Assembly (NCBI GenBank): GCA_965655095.1
Contig: OZ296648.1
Span: 150,908,001-150,972,000, forward strand
DNA from: Haplodiscus bocki
Lineage: Eukaryota
Length of the DNA: 64,000 bases
Direction: 5' to 3'
Shown here: positions 26,701 through 41,094 of the stretch, piece by piece
How the letters are laid out: the number at the start of each line of letters is the position of its first letter
How positions within the stretch are numbered: the first letter of the stretch is position 1
Translations under genes and position numbers: made by a program
Notes under the pieces: generated by a model
Seen by the model: only the letters and a program-made list of their open reading frames with translations
Databases searched by the model: none
Told to the model about the DNA's origin: nothing

Positions 26701-29700
26701 TTATGTCACGATTTTCTGTCAAAGTTTTTTTGTCTCACAGTGCCGAAAGTTTTCGTAGGTGGAACACTTTATTGTGTCAATAATTTCGGGTATCGAAAAA
26801 ACTTACGCCTAAGAGAGTTGTGTCACGAGTTTCTGTGAAAGTTCTTTTGTCTCAAATTGCCGAAATTTTGCGAAGGTGAAACCTTTAGTTCTTCAATAAA
26901 ATTGGGCTTCGAAAACTTTTATGCTTAAGAGTGTTATGTCACTTTTGTCAGTCAATTTTTTGTCTCACAGTGCCGAAAAATTTCGTAGAGGGACCCTTTA
27001 GTGTGTTACTAATTTCGGGTATCAAAAAATTTTACGCTCAAGTTAGTTGTGTCACGAGTTTTGTGAAAATTTTTCTGTCTCACAGTGCCGAAAACTTTCG
27101 TGGAGGAAACCTTCTGTGTTTCAGAAAGTTTCGGGTATCGAAAAAATTTATGCCTAAGAGGGGAGTACCACGATGTTCTATAGAAAAATTGTTGTTTCAC
27201 AGTGCCGAAAAAGTTCGTTGGGGAACCTATCTGTGTTTCACAAAATTTCTGGCATCGAAAAAGTTTTATGCATAAGAGGGGGGAATGAGTATCACGTTTT
27301 TTTGTCAAAAATTTTTTGTCTCACTTTGCCAAAGTTTTTCGTAGGGGAACACTTTTTTGTGTCACTTGTTTCAGGTATCGGAAAGTGTTTGGGGAAAAAG
27401 GGGGAATCACGATTTGCCGTCAAATTTGTTTTGTGTCACAGTTTCCAAACACTTCGTAAGGGAACACTTTATTGTGTCACTAATTTCGGGTATTGAAATT
27501 ATTTATGCTCAAGAGCGTTTTGTCACGATTTCCTGTGGAATTTTTTTGTCCCGCAGTACCGCAAAACTACACAGGGGAACTCATCTGTGTTCCTCAACTT
27601 TTCTGGTATCTAAAAAAGTTAGAGAACAAGAGAGGGGGAGGGTATCACGAGATACCGTCGATATTGTTTTGTCTCACTTCGTAGATGGAATCATTTCGTA
27701 GAGGCACCCTTGTGTGTTTCAGATAGTTTTTGGTTATCGAAAAAACTTCTGATTAAGAGGAGAATATCACGCTTTCATAAAGAAAATTTGTTGTCGCACA
27801 GTGTCCAAAAACTTCGTAGGGAACCCATATATTTTTCAGAAAAATTCTGGTATCGAAAATAATTCATGGATAAGACGGGGGCGGGGGAGGGAGTATCAAG
27901 ATATTCTGTCAAATTTTTTTGTCTCACAGTGTAGAAGAAATTCATACGAGAAACTTTCAGTGTGTCACGAATTCCGGGTATCGGAAATGTTCATGCTCTA
28001 GAGGGTTATGTCTCGACTTTCTATCAAATCTTTTTTGGTCCCAACTTGCCGAAAAATTTCGTAGCGGAACCCCTTAGTGTATCACTTATTTCGAATATTG
28101 AAAAAATTTCTGCTTAGGAGAATTGTGTCGCGATCTTCTGTCAAAATTTTTTTTGTTTCACAGTGTCTAAAAGTCTCGTTGCGGAAAAGTTTCTGTGTTT
28201 CAGTAAAATACAGCTATCGAAAAAATATGTGCCGAAGGGGGGAATATCACGATTATTTAAGGAAAACTTGTTGTCTCACAGTAACGAGAAACTTTGTACG
28301 AAAACCCTTCTGTGTTTCACAAAACTTTTGGTATCGAAAAATTCTACGGATAGGAGGGCGGACATGAGGGAGTACCACAATTTTCTGTCAAAAATTTGTC
28401 TCAACGTGCCGAAACGTTTCGTAGAACTTTTGGTGTGTCATCTTTTTCGGGTATCAGAAGAAGTTCGATATAAGAGAGGGGCGAAGCACAACTTTCCATC
28501 GAAATTGTTTTGTCTCACAGTACCGTAATTTTCGTTGGGGAACCCCTTAGTGTGCCACTACTTCCGGCTTTGAAAAATTTTCATGCTCGAGAGGGTCATA
28601 TGACGAATTTCTCCAAGTTGTACTGCCTCATAGTCCCGAAAAACTTCTTAGGGAAACCTTTCTGTGTTCCCAAAACTTCAGGTAACAAAAAATGTTAAGG
28701 TAAATAGGGGGTGGATGTCACGATTTTCAGTCAAACTGTTTTTGTCTCACAGTGCCCAATCATTTTTTAAAGGAATCATTCAGTGTTTCTGAAAGTTTGG
28801 GGCATTGGGAAATTTTTGACTAAGAAGGGAATATCACGAGTTTCTACAGGAAGTTTTTCGTCTCCCAGTGCCAAACACTCCGTAGGGTAAACTTTTAGTG
28901 TCTGACTAGATTCAGGTATCGAAAAAATTCGTGTCTAAGAGGGTTATGTCACGATTTTCTGTCAAAGAATTTGTCTCCTAATACCTAATCATTTCGCAGA
29001 AGAACCTTCTGTGTTTCAGTAAATTTTGCTTTGTGAAAATTTTTATGCCTAAGAGGGGATTACAACGATTTGCTATAAAAAATTATCTGTCTCCCAGTAT
29101 CGAAAAACCTGGTAAGGAAAACCTTCTGTGTTTCACAAAACTTCAGGTGTCGGAAAACGTTGAGGGTAAAAGAGGGGGCGGATGTGACGATCTTCCGTCA
29201 AAAATGTTTTGTCGGACACTACCAAATGTTTTTGTGGAGGAACCGTTCTGTGTTTCAAAAAGTTTCGGTTACCGAAAAGTTTTTTGCACAAGAGGGGAAA
29301 TCACGAATTTCTACAGAAATCTTGTTGTCTCACAGTACCGAAAAAATTCGTACGGATTCCTTCCATGTTTCACAAAAATTCTGGTATCGAAAAAGTTTAT
29401 GGATAATAAGGGCGGAGAGGAGGGAGTATCACGTTTTTCTGTGGAAAGTTTTTTGCCTCGCATTACCGAAAAACATCGTAAGCAAACTCTTCAATGTGTC
29501 ACTAAAATTGGGAGACCAAAATCTTAAGAGGGTTTTGTCACGATTTTCTGTCAAAAACATATTGTCTCACAGTACCGAATCTTTTCGTATAGAACCCTTC
29601 TGTGTTTCAGAAAGTTTTAGATATAAAAAAACTTTATACCTAAGAGAGGAGTACCACGATTTTCGATAGAAAACTTTTTTGTCTCACAGTCCCCAGAAGC

Positions 29701-32700
29701 TTCGTAGGGAAACCCTTTTGTGTTTCACAGAAATTCTGGTATCGAAAAATGTTAAGGGTATAAGAGGGGGCGGGCCGATGTCAATGCTTTCCGTCGAAAC
29801 TGCTTTGTCTCGCACTGCCGAATCATTTCTCAGATGAATCGTTTAGTGTTTCAGAAAGTTTCGGTCATCGGGAAATTTTTGCCTAAGAAGGGAATATCAC
29901 GAGTTTCTACGGAAAAAATTTTGTCTCACAGTGCCGAACATTTCGTTGGGGAACCTTTTAGTGTCTCACTAGATTCTGGTATCGAAAATTTTCTTGGGTA
30001 GGGGGGTTACGTTACAATTTTTAGTCGAAGTTTTTTTTGTCTCGCAGTACCGAAAACTTTCGTAGGCGAACCCTTCAGTATGTCACTATTTTCGCGTGTG
30101 GGAAATCTCCATGCTGAAGAAGGTTTTGTCACAACTTTCTGTCGAAAACGTTTCGTCTCTCAGTACCGAATCGTTTCGTAGAAAACCCTTCTGTGTTTCA
30201 AAAAGTTTTGGCAATTGAAAAACTTTATGCCTAAGAGGGGCAAATAACGAATTTTGTAGAGAAAATATGTCGTCTCACGGTACCGAAACTTTTTGTGGGA
30301 AATCTCTTCTCTGTTTCACAAAATTTCTGATATCGAAAAACTACTTAGATAAAGGGGGCGGGAAGGGAGGTATTATCACGTCTTTCTGAGAAAAAGATTT
30401 TTTGTCTCACAGTGCCAAAAAGTTTTGTAGAGGCACTTTTCCATGTTTCAGAAAAATCTGATATCGAAAATATTTAAGTGTAAAGGGGAAGGCGAATATC
30501 ACAATTTTCGTCGAAAATGCTCTGTCTCAGAACACCGAATCATTTCGTAGAGAACCCTTCTGTGTTTCAGAAAGTTTCCGATATAAAATATTTTCATACC
30601 TAACAGAGGAGTACCACGATTTTCCATAGAAAACTTTTTTGTCTCACAGTCCTGAAAATCTTCGTAGGGAAAACGTTCTGTGTTTCACAGAAATTGTGGT
30701 ATCGAAAAATTTTATGGGTAAGAGGGGGCGGAGTGAGGGAGTATCACTGCATTCTATTGAAATATTGTTGTCTCACAGTACTGAAAAACTTCGTAGGGAA
30801 ACCCTTCTGAGGTTCCCGAAAAATCTGGTATCGAAAAATGTTAGGGGTATAAAAGGGAGCCGATGTCACTACTTTCCGTCAAACTTGTTTTGTCTCGCAG
30901 TGCCGAATCTTTTTGTAGAGGAATCGTTCAGTGTTTCAGAAAGTTTCGGTTATCCGGAAATTTTTGCCGAAGAAGGGAATATCACGAGTTTCTACAGAAA
31001 AATTTTTGTCTCAATGTGCCGAATATTTCGGAGGGGGAACGTTTTAGTGTCTCACTAGATTCGGTTATTTAAAAATTTTTTGCGCAAGGGGGTTATGTCA
31101 CGATCTTTTGTCAAAATTTTTTGTCTCGCAGTAACGATAAGTTTCGTAGGCGAACCCTTCAGTGTGTCACTATTTTTCCTTGTCGGAAATTTCAATGCTG
31201 AAGAGGGTTTTGTCACAATTTTCTGTCAAAAACGTTTCATCTTCAAGTACGGAATCATTTCGAAGAAAACCCTTCTGTGTTTCACAAAATTTCTGATATC
31301 GAAAAATCATTTAGATGAAGGGGAGAAGGGAGTGAGTAGCACGTCGTTCTGTGAAAAAGATTTTTTTTCTCACAGTGCCGAAAAAATTGTAGAGGAACCA
31401 TTCTGTGTTTCAGAAAACTCTGATCTCGAAAAATTTTGATTGTGAAAGAGAAGGCGGATATCAAAATTTTCCGTCGAAAATGATCTGTTTCAAAACACCG
31501 ATTTATTTTGTAGAGGAATCGTTCTGTGTTCCCGAAAGTTTCGGGTAACGAAAAAAATGCCTCAAGGGAAAGTCACAATTTACAATGAAAAGCTTGTTGT
31601 CTCACAGTAAAGAAAGCTTTCGTGGGGAAACCATTGCGTGCTTCAAAAGATTTCTGTTATCGAAATTTTTCTTAGACAAGATGGGGGGTGAGGAAGTATC
31701 ACGTATTTCTGTCAAAAAAATTTTCTCACAGTGCTCAAACTTTTTGTAGAGGAACCCCTCCGTGTAACAGAAAGACTCTGATAACGAAATGTTTTAAGGG
31801 TAAAAGAGGGGGCAGACATCACTATTTTCCGTCAAAAAGACTTTGTCTCACAACACCGAATCGTTTTGTAGAGGAACCGTTCTGTGTTCCAGAAAGTTGC
31901 GGCTATCGAAATGTTTTTGCCCAAGATGGGAAAATCACAATTTTCAACAGAAAACTTGTTGTCTCACAGTACCGAAATTCTTTGTAGGGAACGGTTTTAT
32001 TTTTCGAAAAGACTCTCGTATTTAAAAAAGTTTATGGGAAATAGGGGGGAGGAGGGAGTATCACGTTTTTCTTTGAAAGATTTTTGTCTGACAATGTTAA
32101 ACACTTTGGTTGGGGAACCTTTTAATGCGTCAACAGTATGGGATAACGAAACGTTTTCTGATTGAGAGCGTTATTTCACGATTTGCCGTCGAATTGTGTT
32201 CGTCTTGCAGGAGCGAAAAATTTCGTAAACGAACCTGTCAGTGTGTCACTGTTTTTGGGTGTCGAAAAGCTTTTTGCTTCAGAGGGTTTTGTCACGCTTT
32301 CCTGTAAAAAAAATTTGTGTCTTATTACCGAATTTTTTCGTAGAGAACCTTTCTGTGTTTCAAAAAGTGTCAACTATTGAACATATTTATGCCCATGAGG
32401 GAAAATCACGATTTTCTAGAGAACGTTTGTTGTCTCACAGTAATGAAAAACTTCGTGGGAAACCTTTCTGTGTTTCAAAAGATTTCTGTTATCGAAAATT
32501 TTTTTAAATAAGATGGGTTCGAGGAATTATCACGTGGTTCTGTCGAAAGAAATTGTCTCACAGTGCCGAAGGTTTTTTTTAGAGGTGCCCTTCTGTGTAA
32601 CAGAAAGATTCTGGTACCGAAAAATTTTGAGGGTAAAAGATAAAAGAGCGGGCGGACATCACGATTTGCCGTCAAAAATGTTATTGTCTCACAACACTGA

Positions 32701-35700
32701 AACTTTTTGTAGAGGAACCGCTCTGTGTGCCAGAGAGTTTCGATTATCGGGAAAACTTTTGCCTGAGAGGAGGAGAATGTAACGATTTTCCACAGAAAAT
32801 TTGTTGCCTCACAGTACCGAATCAGTTCTTAGAGAACCCTTCTGTGTTTCAGAAGGTTTCGGTTATTGAAACATTTTATGCCTAAGAGGGGAAAATCACG
32901 TTTTTTTACAGAAAGTTTGTTGTCTCACACTAGTGAACATCTTCGTGGGGAAACCATTCTGTGTTTCAGAAGACTGCTGATATCGAGAGTTTTTTACAGA
33001 AGATGGGGAAGAGGAAGTATCACGTATTTCTGTCGATAAAATTTGTCTCACAAAACCGAAAGTTTTTGTATAGGTACCCCATCTGTGTAACAGAGAGATT
33101 CTGGTATCGAAAATTTTGAAGCGTAAAAGAGGGGGCGGACATCACGATTTCCCGTCAAAAACAATTTTTCTCACAACACCGGATCAGTTTGTAGAGGAAC
33201 CGTTCTGCCATCCAGAAAGTTTCATTTATCGAGAAAGTTTTTGCCTAAGGGGGGAATATCACGATTTTATACAGAAAATATGTTGTCCCACAGTAACGAA
33301 AGATTTCGGAGGGAAACCTTCTGTGTTTCACAAGTGTTTGGTTTCGGCAAAGTTTTTAGATACTAGGGGGGGGAGGGAGGGAGTATCACTATTTGCTGTG
33401 AATGTTTTCTTGACCCACAGTGCCAATATATATTGTAGGGGATTCTTTTAGTGTGTCACTTGTTCCTCAATTCGACAATTTTTTTCCTAAGAGGGTTTTT
33501 TAACGGTTCTCTGTCGAAATATTTTTGTCTCGCAGTACCAAAAACTTCGTTGGCGAACGTTTCAGCGTGTCATTAATTTTGGGTGTGAAAAATCGTTATG
33601 CTTGAGCGGCTGTTGTCACGGTTTTCTGTGAAAAACATTCTGACACACAGTACCGAATCATTTCGTAGAGAAGTCTTCTGAGTTGCAGGAAGTTTCGGTT
33701 ACTGGAAGACTTTATGCTTAAGAGAAGAATAGCAAGACCTTCTACAGAGAATTTTTTGTCTAAGAGTATCGGAAAACTTTGTGGGAAACCCTTCGGTGTT
33801 TCACAAAATTTCTGGTATCGAAAATTTTTTTTGATAATAGGGAGGGAGTGAGTGAGTATCACGTTCTTCTGTGAAACGTTTTTTGTCTCGCAGTATTAGA
33901 AAACTTCGTAGGCGAACCTGTCAGTGTGTTACTAGTTTCGGGTATCGAAACTCTTTATGCTTAAGAGGACTATGTCACGAATTTTTGTGGAAAATTTTTG
34001 TCACAACGTACCTAAAAACTTCGTACGGGAAAACTTCTGAGATGTGTTTCAGAAAATGTTCGGTAGCGAAAAGTTTATGGGTAATGGGGGGGGATAATCA
34101 AGATGGTCCGTCGCAGTTTTTATGTTTCAGCTTGACTAAAAAAATTCGTAGGGGAAACTTTTTGGTGTTTCATTAAATTCGGGTATCGAAAACTTTTATG
34201 CCTAAAAGGGTAGTATGACGACATTCTGGCGGAAACATTTTGTCCCACACTGCCGAAAATTTTCGTAGAGGAACCATTTGGTGTGTCACTACTTTTGGAG
34301 TATCGAAAACTGTTAGGGATCAGAGAGGGGTGAATCACGATTTTCCGTCGAAATTCCTTTGTCTCGCAGTATCGAAACATTTCTTAGGGGAAGTTTTCAG
34401 TGTGTCACTGGTTCGACTATCGGAAGATTTTATGCCTAAGAGGGTTATGTCACGATTGTCTGTCGAAAATAAACTTTTTTGCCTCACAGTACCGAAAAAC
34501 TTTGTAGTGGAAGCTTTCCGATTTTCAGAAAGTTTCGGGTATCAAAATAGTTGTTGCCTCGGAGGGCAATATCACAATTTACTATGAAATATTGATTGTC
34601 CCACTGTACCGAAAAACTTCTAAGGTAACCTTTCTGTATTTCAAAAAATTTTTGGTAACAAAAAGCTTATGGATAACAGGAGGGGCAGGGAGGAAGGAGG
34701 GAGTAATGCGTTTTGCTCTGAAAAATTTTTCGTTTGACCAAGCCGAAAAATTCCGTAAGGGAACCTTTTGGTGTGTCAATAATTTTGGATATCGAAAACT
34801 TTTCTGATTAGGACTGTTATTTCACGATCTTTTGTCGAAATATTTTCGTCTCGTAGTACCGAAGAACTTCGTAGGCGAACCCTCCAGTGTGTCACTAAAT
34901 TCGGGTGTCGAAAATCTTTATGCTTAGGAGGTTTTTGTTACGATTTTCCGTCGAAACCTTTTTGTCTCACAGTGCTGAAGCATTTCGTAGGGAAGCCTTC
35001 TGTGTTTCAGAAAGTTTCAGTTATTGAAAAGTTTCATGCCTAAGAGGGGAAAACCAGGATTTTACACAGAAAAATGGTTGTCGCGTGGTAACGACGAACT
35101 TCGTGGGGACAACATTCTGTTTTTCAAAAGATATCTGTTATCGGATACTTTTTTTTAAATGAAATGAAGGGGTGAGGAAGTATCACGTATTTCTGTCTCA
35201 CAGTGCCGAAAATTTTTGTTGTGGTTCTAGCCTAGGTAACAGAAAGATTCTGGTACCGAAAAATTTTTAAGGGTAAAAGAGGGGGCGGATATTACATTTT
35301 TCCGTCAAAAATGTTTTGTCTCCCAACCTCGAATCATTTTGTAGAGGAACCGTTCTGTGCTCCAGAAAGTTTTAGCTATCGAAAGCTTTTTTGCCCAGGA
35401 GGGGAAAACCACGAATTTCTACAGAAAACTGATTGTCTCAGAGTACCAAAGAACTTCGTAGGGAACCCTTTTTTGTTCAACAAAAACTCTGGTATCGAAA
35501 CTTTTTATGGATAATAGTGGGAGACGGAGTGAGAATCACGTTCTGCTGTGAAAATTTTTTTGTCTCAATGTGCCGATATATTATGTAAGGGAACCCTTCT
35601 GTATTCCTCAAAAATTCTGGTCTCGAAGTTTCTTTTGGATAGAAGAGGGGGAGGGGAGGGAGGGAGTGTCTCCAATTTCTGTCGACATTTTCTGTCTCAC

Positions 35701-36230
35701 AGTGCTGTAAACTTTCGAAGAGGAACCCTTTTGTGTTTCAGAAAAGTTCTGATGTCGAAACATGTTAGGCATGAAAGAGGGGGCGGGTGTCACGATTTTC
35801 CGTCAGAATTGTTTTGTCTCACAGTGACGAATCATTTCGTGGAGGAACCTTTCTGTGTTTCAGAAAGTTTCGGATATCGAAAAATTTTATGCCTAAGAGG
35901 GGTTTTTAACGATTCATTAAAGAAAATGTTGTATCTCACAGCACCGAAAACTTTCGTAGGGAAACCTATCTGTATTTCACAAAATTTCTGGCATCGAAAA
36001 ACTTCAGGAATGAAAGATGGCGCACGTATCACAGATTTCCGTCGAATTTGTTTTGTCTCAAAAATTCGAATCAACTGGTAAAATGACCTTTGTGTATTTC
36101 ACAGAGTTTCGGGTACCGAAAAAGTTTATGTCTAAGAGTGGGAAATTACGATTTTCTATAGAAAACTTCCTGTTTCATAGTACCGAGATACTTCGTCGGG
36201 AAACTCATCTGTGTTTTACAAAAGCAGGTA
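23770..36230 (+). repeat. 12.5-kb satellite array, ~116-120-bp monomer, roughly 100 copies, with higher-order duplications
   Basis: tgtctcacagtgccgaaaaatttcgtaggggaacccttctgtgtttcagaaagtttcgggtatcgaaaaa...tatcacgattttc recurs at ~116-bp spacing (23797, 23914, 24030, 24146...). Confidence 0.97.
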
Positions 36231-36369
36231 TGTAAGTCGCATTTGACACAAGCTGCAACACTTCCCACCACGTCAAATATTTATGCAGCAGAAAAAAAAC
36301 GGATTTAGACGCAGACGCAAAAAATGTAATAAAAAGTACTATTATTAAGAGGGCGCTCACGAGAAAAGT

Positions 36370-36960
36370 AGAAATAAAGAAACTAGGCCTACTTATAACA
36401 AATCAATGAGGGTACACTAGTAAATGTTGAAAAATCAAGTAAAGTTTCACCATAACTTTGGGGATACACAAGAAAATTCGAGAGAAAACAGTAGAAAAAA
36501 AGTTTCTCCGCCATTAAGAAGTCAGACAAAATTCCATTTTTCCAGCTGCGTAATAAAATATTTTTTGTGAAAATTAAACTTCAAAGTACATCCAAGCAAT
36601 TTCAAACAAGACTGAGAAAAAAAAACTTGTTTTGTTGATAAGAAGTTTGTTTTTGGTCATTGGAGTTTTTTTTTAGATTTCTTTTGATTAGATAGAATTC
36701 TATCATAAAATCTTACATTTTTTTCGCTTCGAAAAATGTACATTTGAGTATTAGCATTATTTCTAACATTTATAGTCTGTTTATAAATATATCTTTTAAT
36801 TTTCTCTTCTTTCATCATTATTAAGTCCAAAGTATACTTGCGATTTCATTTAAAAACCCACTTTTCCCATCAAAAGCTGATAGTTTTGATTTACGTTTCT
36901 TTTAAAGATACATATCATGTTTACTTGTTGTTATAGAATATTTATCAAACGACGGAGAAT
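36370..36960 (-). repeat. Left terminal inverted repeat (~600 bp)
   Basis: tccagctgcgtaataa, aaattaaacttcaaagtacatccaagcaatttcaaacaa and ttttgattagatagaattctatcataa are reverse complements of matches within 46190-46790. Confidence 0.88.
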
Positions 36961-37185
36961 TATAAGGTTTCATAAAAATCCTTTCGAAGCTTTTTTTCCT
37001 ACATAAATCGATTGTGATAATATAAAAGAATTATAATTTGATCTTTGTGATAAATACGGGACAGCTTTAAAATTACCTAATCATTTAACATCATGAACTC
37101 AAAAGAATAATTTCAATAAAGGGCAACGATTAAAAAAATCGTCATCTCATTATTTTTTATTTTCAGATATCCATATAAAACAAAA

Positions 37186-37600
37186 ATGGATTGGTATTGT
37201 AATGTATGTGATAGCGGGATCAATAACAAATTTAAAAGAAAACTTAATAAAAGTTTAACACACAATTAGCTTGAAAATCTTACACGAAGAAAACTAACCA
37301 TCCGAAAACCTATTTCTTTGATAACGGTTCAATATTGGATGAATATATCAATGTTCATTCTGAAAGTTCGTAGTATATCTCTCTGACAAAGATTTCAAAT
37401 TAGTTTTGTTAAAGAATGTACTCCTGATGTTAGATCTGAAAAAAAAACCTGTCTCAAAAAATTTTCATCCAAAAAGAATTTTGTTTCATTGGATTGAATA
37501 TTTTACTGACAAAGGACACAAATTTTGACAAAAACTTGAAATGAAAATTACAACTATTAATCCCATTAGAATCATGACTTCAGAATTTTTCTCAAACAAC
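37186..37600 (+). pseudogene. C2H2-type zinc-finger-led ORF remnant
   Basis: MDWYCNVCDSGINNKFKRKLNKSLTH; second zinc-binding His degenerate; multiple frameshifts downstream. Confidence 0.45.
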
Positions 37601-38214
37601 CAAAATTGAGAAAAATACAGCTAGATTCTATTTCCAAATCAAAACCATTTCTTAGTTAGAAAAGATTTAATTTTATCATGACTTATATCCTTTTTCCCAT
37701 TGATTGTGTCAACAGATTCATCCTCTTTTCTCCTTTTTCTTAATGTAATTGTTAAAAGCACAACACTGAAAAAAACCCAAATCTAAGAAGAATTCTTTCA
37801 AAAACAAGATTTTCAACATTTCCAGCAATACCCATCAATGATTTATCATCTATAACACCTAAAACTCCTACGTATGGATTTTGATCAAAATGAACACGCT
37901 TTTAAAAAACAGCAATCCCATAATCACCCACACCATTGAATTTTATATCTGTTTCAATATTATAATGATTATGGTAAGTAAATTTTTCACAGAACTCCAA
38001 AACTTCTTTAATAGTCTTCATTTATATAGGGAAAAATGAATATTTCCATTAAGGTAAATGTATGTAATGAAAATATTTGATATTTATGAAAGTTTCAATA
38101 ATAAAAGAGAAATCAATGATGACGAAAACGACGGTATTAAAATCATTCTAAAATATTTACATTTGTGAATTCCCAGTGTTGTTTTATTGTCTCTCATTGG
38201 TATTATTAAACCTT

Positions 38215-38652
38215 TGGAAAAAAATAAATAGAAAGAAGTATCTTTATATTCATCCCATCCAATCCATTGTAATAACACAGGGCCTTTTGAATGTGGAAAA
38301 TCCGTTTTTGTAACGAACTTAAATTCATGTTTTGTTAATGAATCTGAAAAAATAAACATCTACCCATCATCTTTACATCAAGATTCCTATCGAAAATTAT
38401 TAAATTGATTCAGTAACTACATACCGATAAAATTAATCTCAAACAGTTTAAATGAAGAAGATGTGAATCTAGTAAGTGTTCAATCCTTTGTTATTGAAAA
38501 CTTTGAAAAAATCAGAAACAGAAACAGGAACATATGAATCAATAGAAAAAGTCAAAGACCTTAAAAAATATGATGGAGATTTTCCAATTGTGAATAAGTT
38601 CCGGGCTTTAAACGAAAATAAAATTGAAGATTCTAACGTACAAGCTTTCTAG
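38215..38652 (+). pseudogene. A32/FtsK-like packaging ATPase, 3'-truncated
   Basis: HPIHCNNTGPFECGKSVFVTNL (Walker A GPxxxGKS), then INIYPSSLHQD; breaks off before the arginine-finger RH motif. Confidence 0.85.
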
Positions 38653-38654
38653 GG

Positions 38655-39207
38655 TAACGGGAGCTTACGAACTAAAGTCCTTGAACGATGAAAATGAACG
38701 AAATATAACAGATGAAAGTCATTTTACAGAATTAAACTATCCATTCTAAATTAAACAAATTTTCTCAACTCCGGGTACTTTGATAGAATTATCACCGGGA
38801 AAAAGAATCCTATTTAGTTTTGTTCGTGATGATAGTACAAGAGGTCCATTAGAGTTTAATGCAGACACAACATATAAAAAAATAACTTATCACACAATCC
38901 TGTCGACATAATATACTCTGATAACATATTCATCGGAACAAATATCGCCTAAGGTATAATTTTTAAAGGGAAACGAACGACTATAACTAGCAATTGGACT
39001 CTGACTGTGGATCCCGTGTTCAAATATGTTGAGGTATTCGAAGGAGGAGTTAGATGGTGTATGATAAGCATTAAAGTTTTTCTTTCAAACAGTAGTATCA
39101 AACTGAAAAATCAACATGGACAATTAGTATCATTCAACGGACAAAGTATTATATTTCGTTTATCTATCAATAGCATTAATTCTTTCAAACGATATAGCCA
39201 ATTTTGA
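38655..39207 (+). pseudogene. Minor capsid (penton) protein, C-terminal part
   Basis: GAYELKSLN...NPVDII...NIFIGTNIA*GIIFKGKR...VDPVFKYVE...IKLKNQHGQLVSFNGQSIIFRLSI, typical of the Polinton/PLV mCP C-terminus. Confidence 0.8.
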
Positions 39208-39394
39208 GATCAAGATTCACTACTATATAAAGAGTTAAATCACAAACAATAATACCAAAATTTGACCATTCTAACAGTTTGAATCAGATCTACAAAACTT
39301 TTAAGAAAAATTAATAGTAGGAAACCGTTTTACCGTCTCTGATGATTTTTTTCAAACCCTCAGAACGTTTAGAACGTTTTTGTGTCTCATAATT

Positions 39395-40690
39395 GAGTGC
39401 TGAATATTTTCAAATAGTAGATAGTGAAGAAATTGATAATTCATTTATAAATAGAGATTGTATAAAATTATCTCACTGACACCGTGGTCAATTGAAGGAT
39501 GAAAATCAGAGGATCAATTTTTTTTTGGGTATAACCTTAACTATATACAAATAGGGCATGCTTATCTAGATTATGAGATAGGAGTTAGAAAAGCTGACAT
39601 TACTATTTTCATGGTCTCTACTGATAATACAAGTGGTTTTATTGGATTAGTTAACAACCCATTTAATTTCACAATTCATGATGCTGGAGTTTCAACATCA
39701 TCCGGTATTGTGTTAGAACAGAATTCATTTGTTGCACCTATATCAACCAAAATGAAGTTATTACCAACAGAGATGGAGATCTATCCAAATACTCTGATAT
39801 ATTCGATGAAAGTGAAAACGGAGTTATTAGTACATCATTACAAAAACACCTATTATCAACCATACAGAAGCTAACAGAAGAGATATAGGAGGGAACTTAC
39901 CTCTAGAAAACCTTTTTGGAACTGTTAAATCATTCAAGGAAAAAACCAAAGTCTTTGGTTTCGAATTCGAAATTTACACATCAAATAGATAACGAGTATT
40001 TTTCATAAATTACTAGGTATTGAAACGTTTGATTTTTTGATTAATAGTGTCAGTCGATTTAAACCAATTATGATTCCCAGCCCTGAAACATAAAGGATTT
40101 TTGCTATTACGAAAAGCTTTACATTATCATTCGAATCATGGGCAACTGACAGAAAACCGGCAAATACAGGTAAAGTTTTTCCAAATGATATCGGCTCGTC
40201 ATCGAGCATCAAAGTTTCATTATGTTTAAGAGCAGGAAATGAAAAGAAGCAACATAAAGATCCATCAAACACAACAAATCCAGCCGCAAAACTTCCAAAC
40301 AACAGATTGAAAATTCCGATTTTTCATAATGTGAGTGTGTTAAAAGATACTTTGTCAAAATTGACGGTATACGGTAGCCTATTATGATTGGTTAACCTAA
40401 AAGTAATTATCCAAACCAGTATAGGGCTTCCAACTTACTCCATAAAAAAATATTGGTGAACGAATAATTTCTCCGTTTATGACAAATATTTAAATGAAGA
40501 CATACTTTACGACAAAAGTAATTGATTTATGGTTTCAGTTGGGTTACATGACACCAAAGAAAAATAGGTTTTTTAAAAAACCAGATGAAAACACTATTGA
40601 TACTAATTTATATGCCACATTAAAAAACATAGAGAAACTAAAATGGCTGATGATGGAATTAAAAAAACTGCAGTTGAATTTATATAAATG
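39395..40690 (+). pseudogene. Major capsid protein (double jelly-roll) remnant
   Basis: NYIQIGHAYLDYEI, LVNNPFNFTI, GNLPLENLFG..KSFKEKTK, YFVKIDGIR*P; lies between the mCP and the protease. Confidence 0.72.
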
Positions 40691-41090
40691 ACAAAACCTA
40701 TATTTGAAGATTTTTTGAGGAAATCGAAATTAAAAGTTGATACCATGATTGAGCGTGAGTATTGAAAAGTTTCAAACATTCCCATAAATCCCAGAGAGTC
40801 AGAAGTAACTAATAAAAAAGGATTCTTTAAAAGTGACAACGGTCAAACGGGTGGCACTCACTGGAATTGTTTTTACTCAAAAAAAACGAATCATTCTACT
40901 TTGATTCGTTCGATGGCAGTCACGACAAGTTTTTACTTAACGAGTTACCACAGCCAATAATTGATCATATTTATAAAGTTCAAGATAAGAATTGTAGATT
41001 ATGCGGCGCGTAATTCCTATGTTTCTTCAATCTAGTAGAAAGAATGGATAATTACAACGCTGTTTTCAAAATGTTTTTTGGCTTCAAAAA
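40688..41090 (+). pseudogene. Adenain-like maturation cysteine protease
   Basis: GGTHWNCFY...FYFDSFDG...KVQDKNCRLCG carries the catalytic H, D, Q and C motifs. Confidence 0.88.
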
Positions 41091-41094
41091 ACGG

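Noticed and set aside
23698-36235. Dozens of ORFs with recurring FCLTVPK/LSHSAE peptides
   Set aside because: They are translations of the satellite monomer in several frames, with no consistent reading frame.
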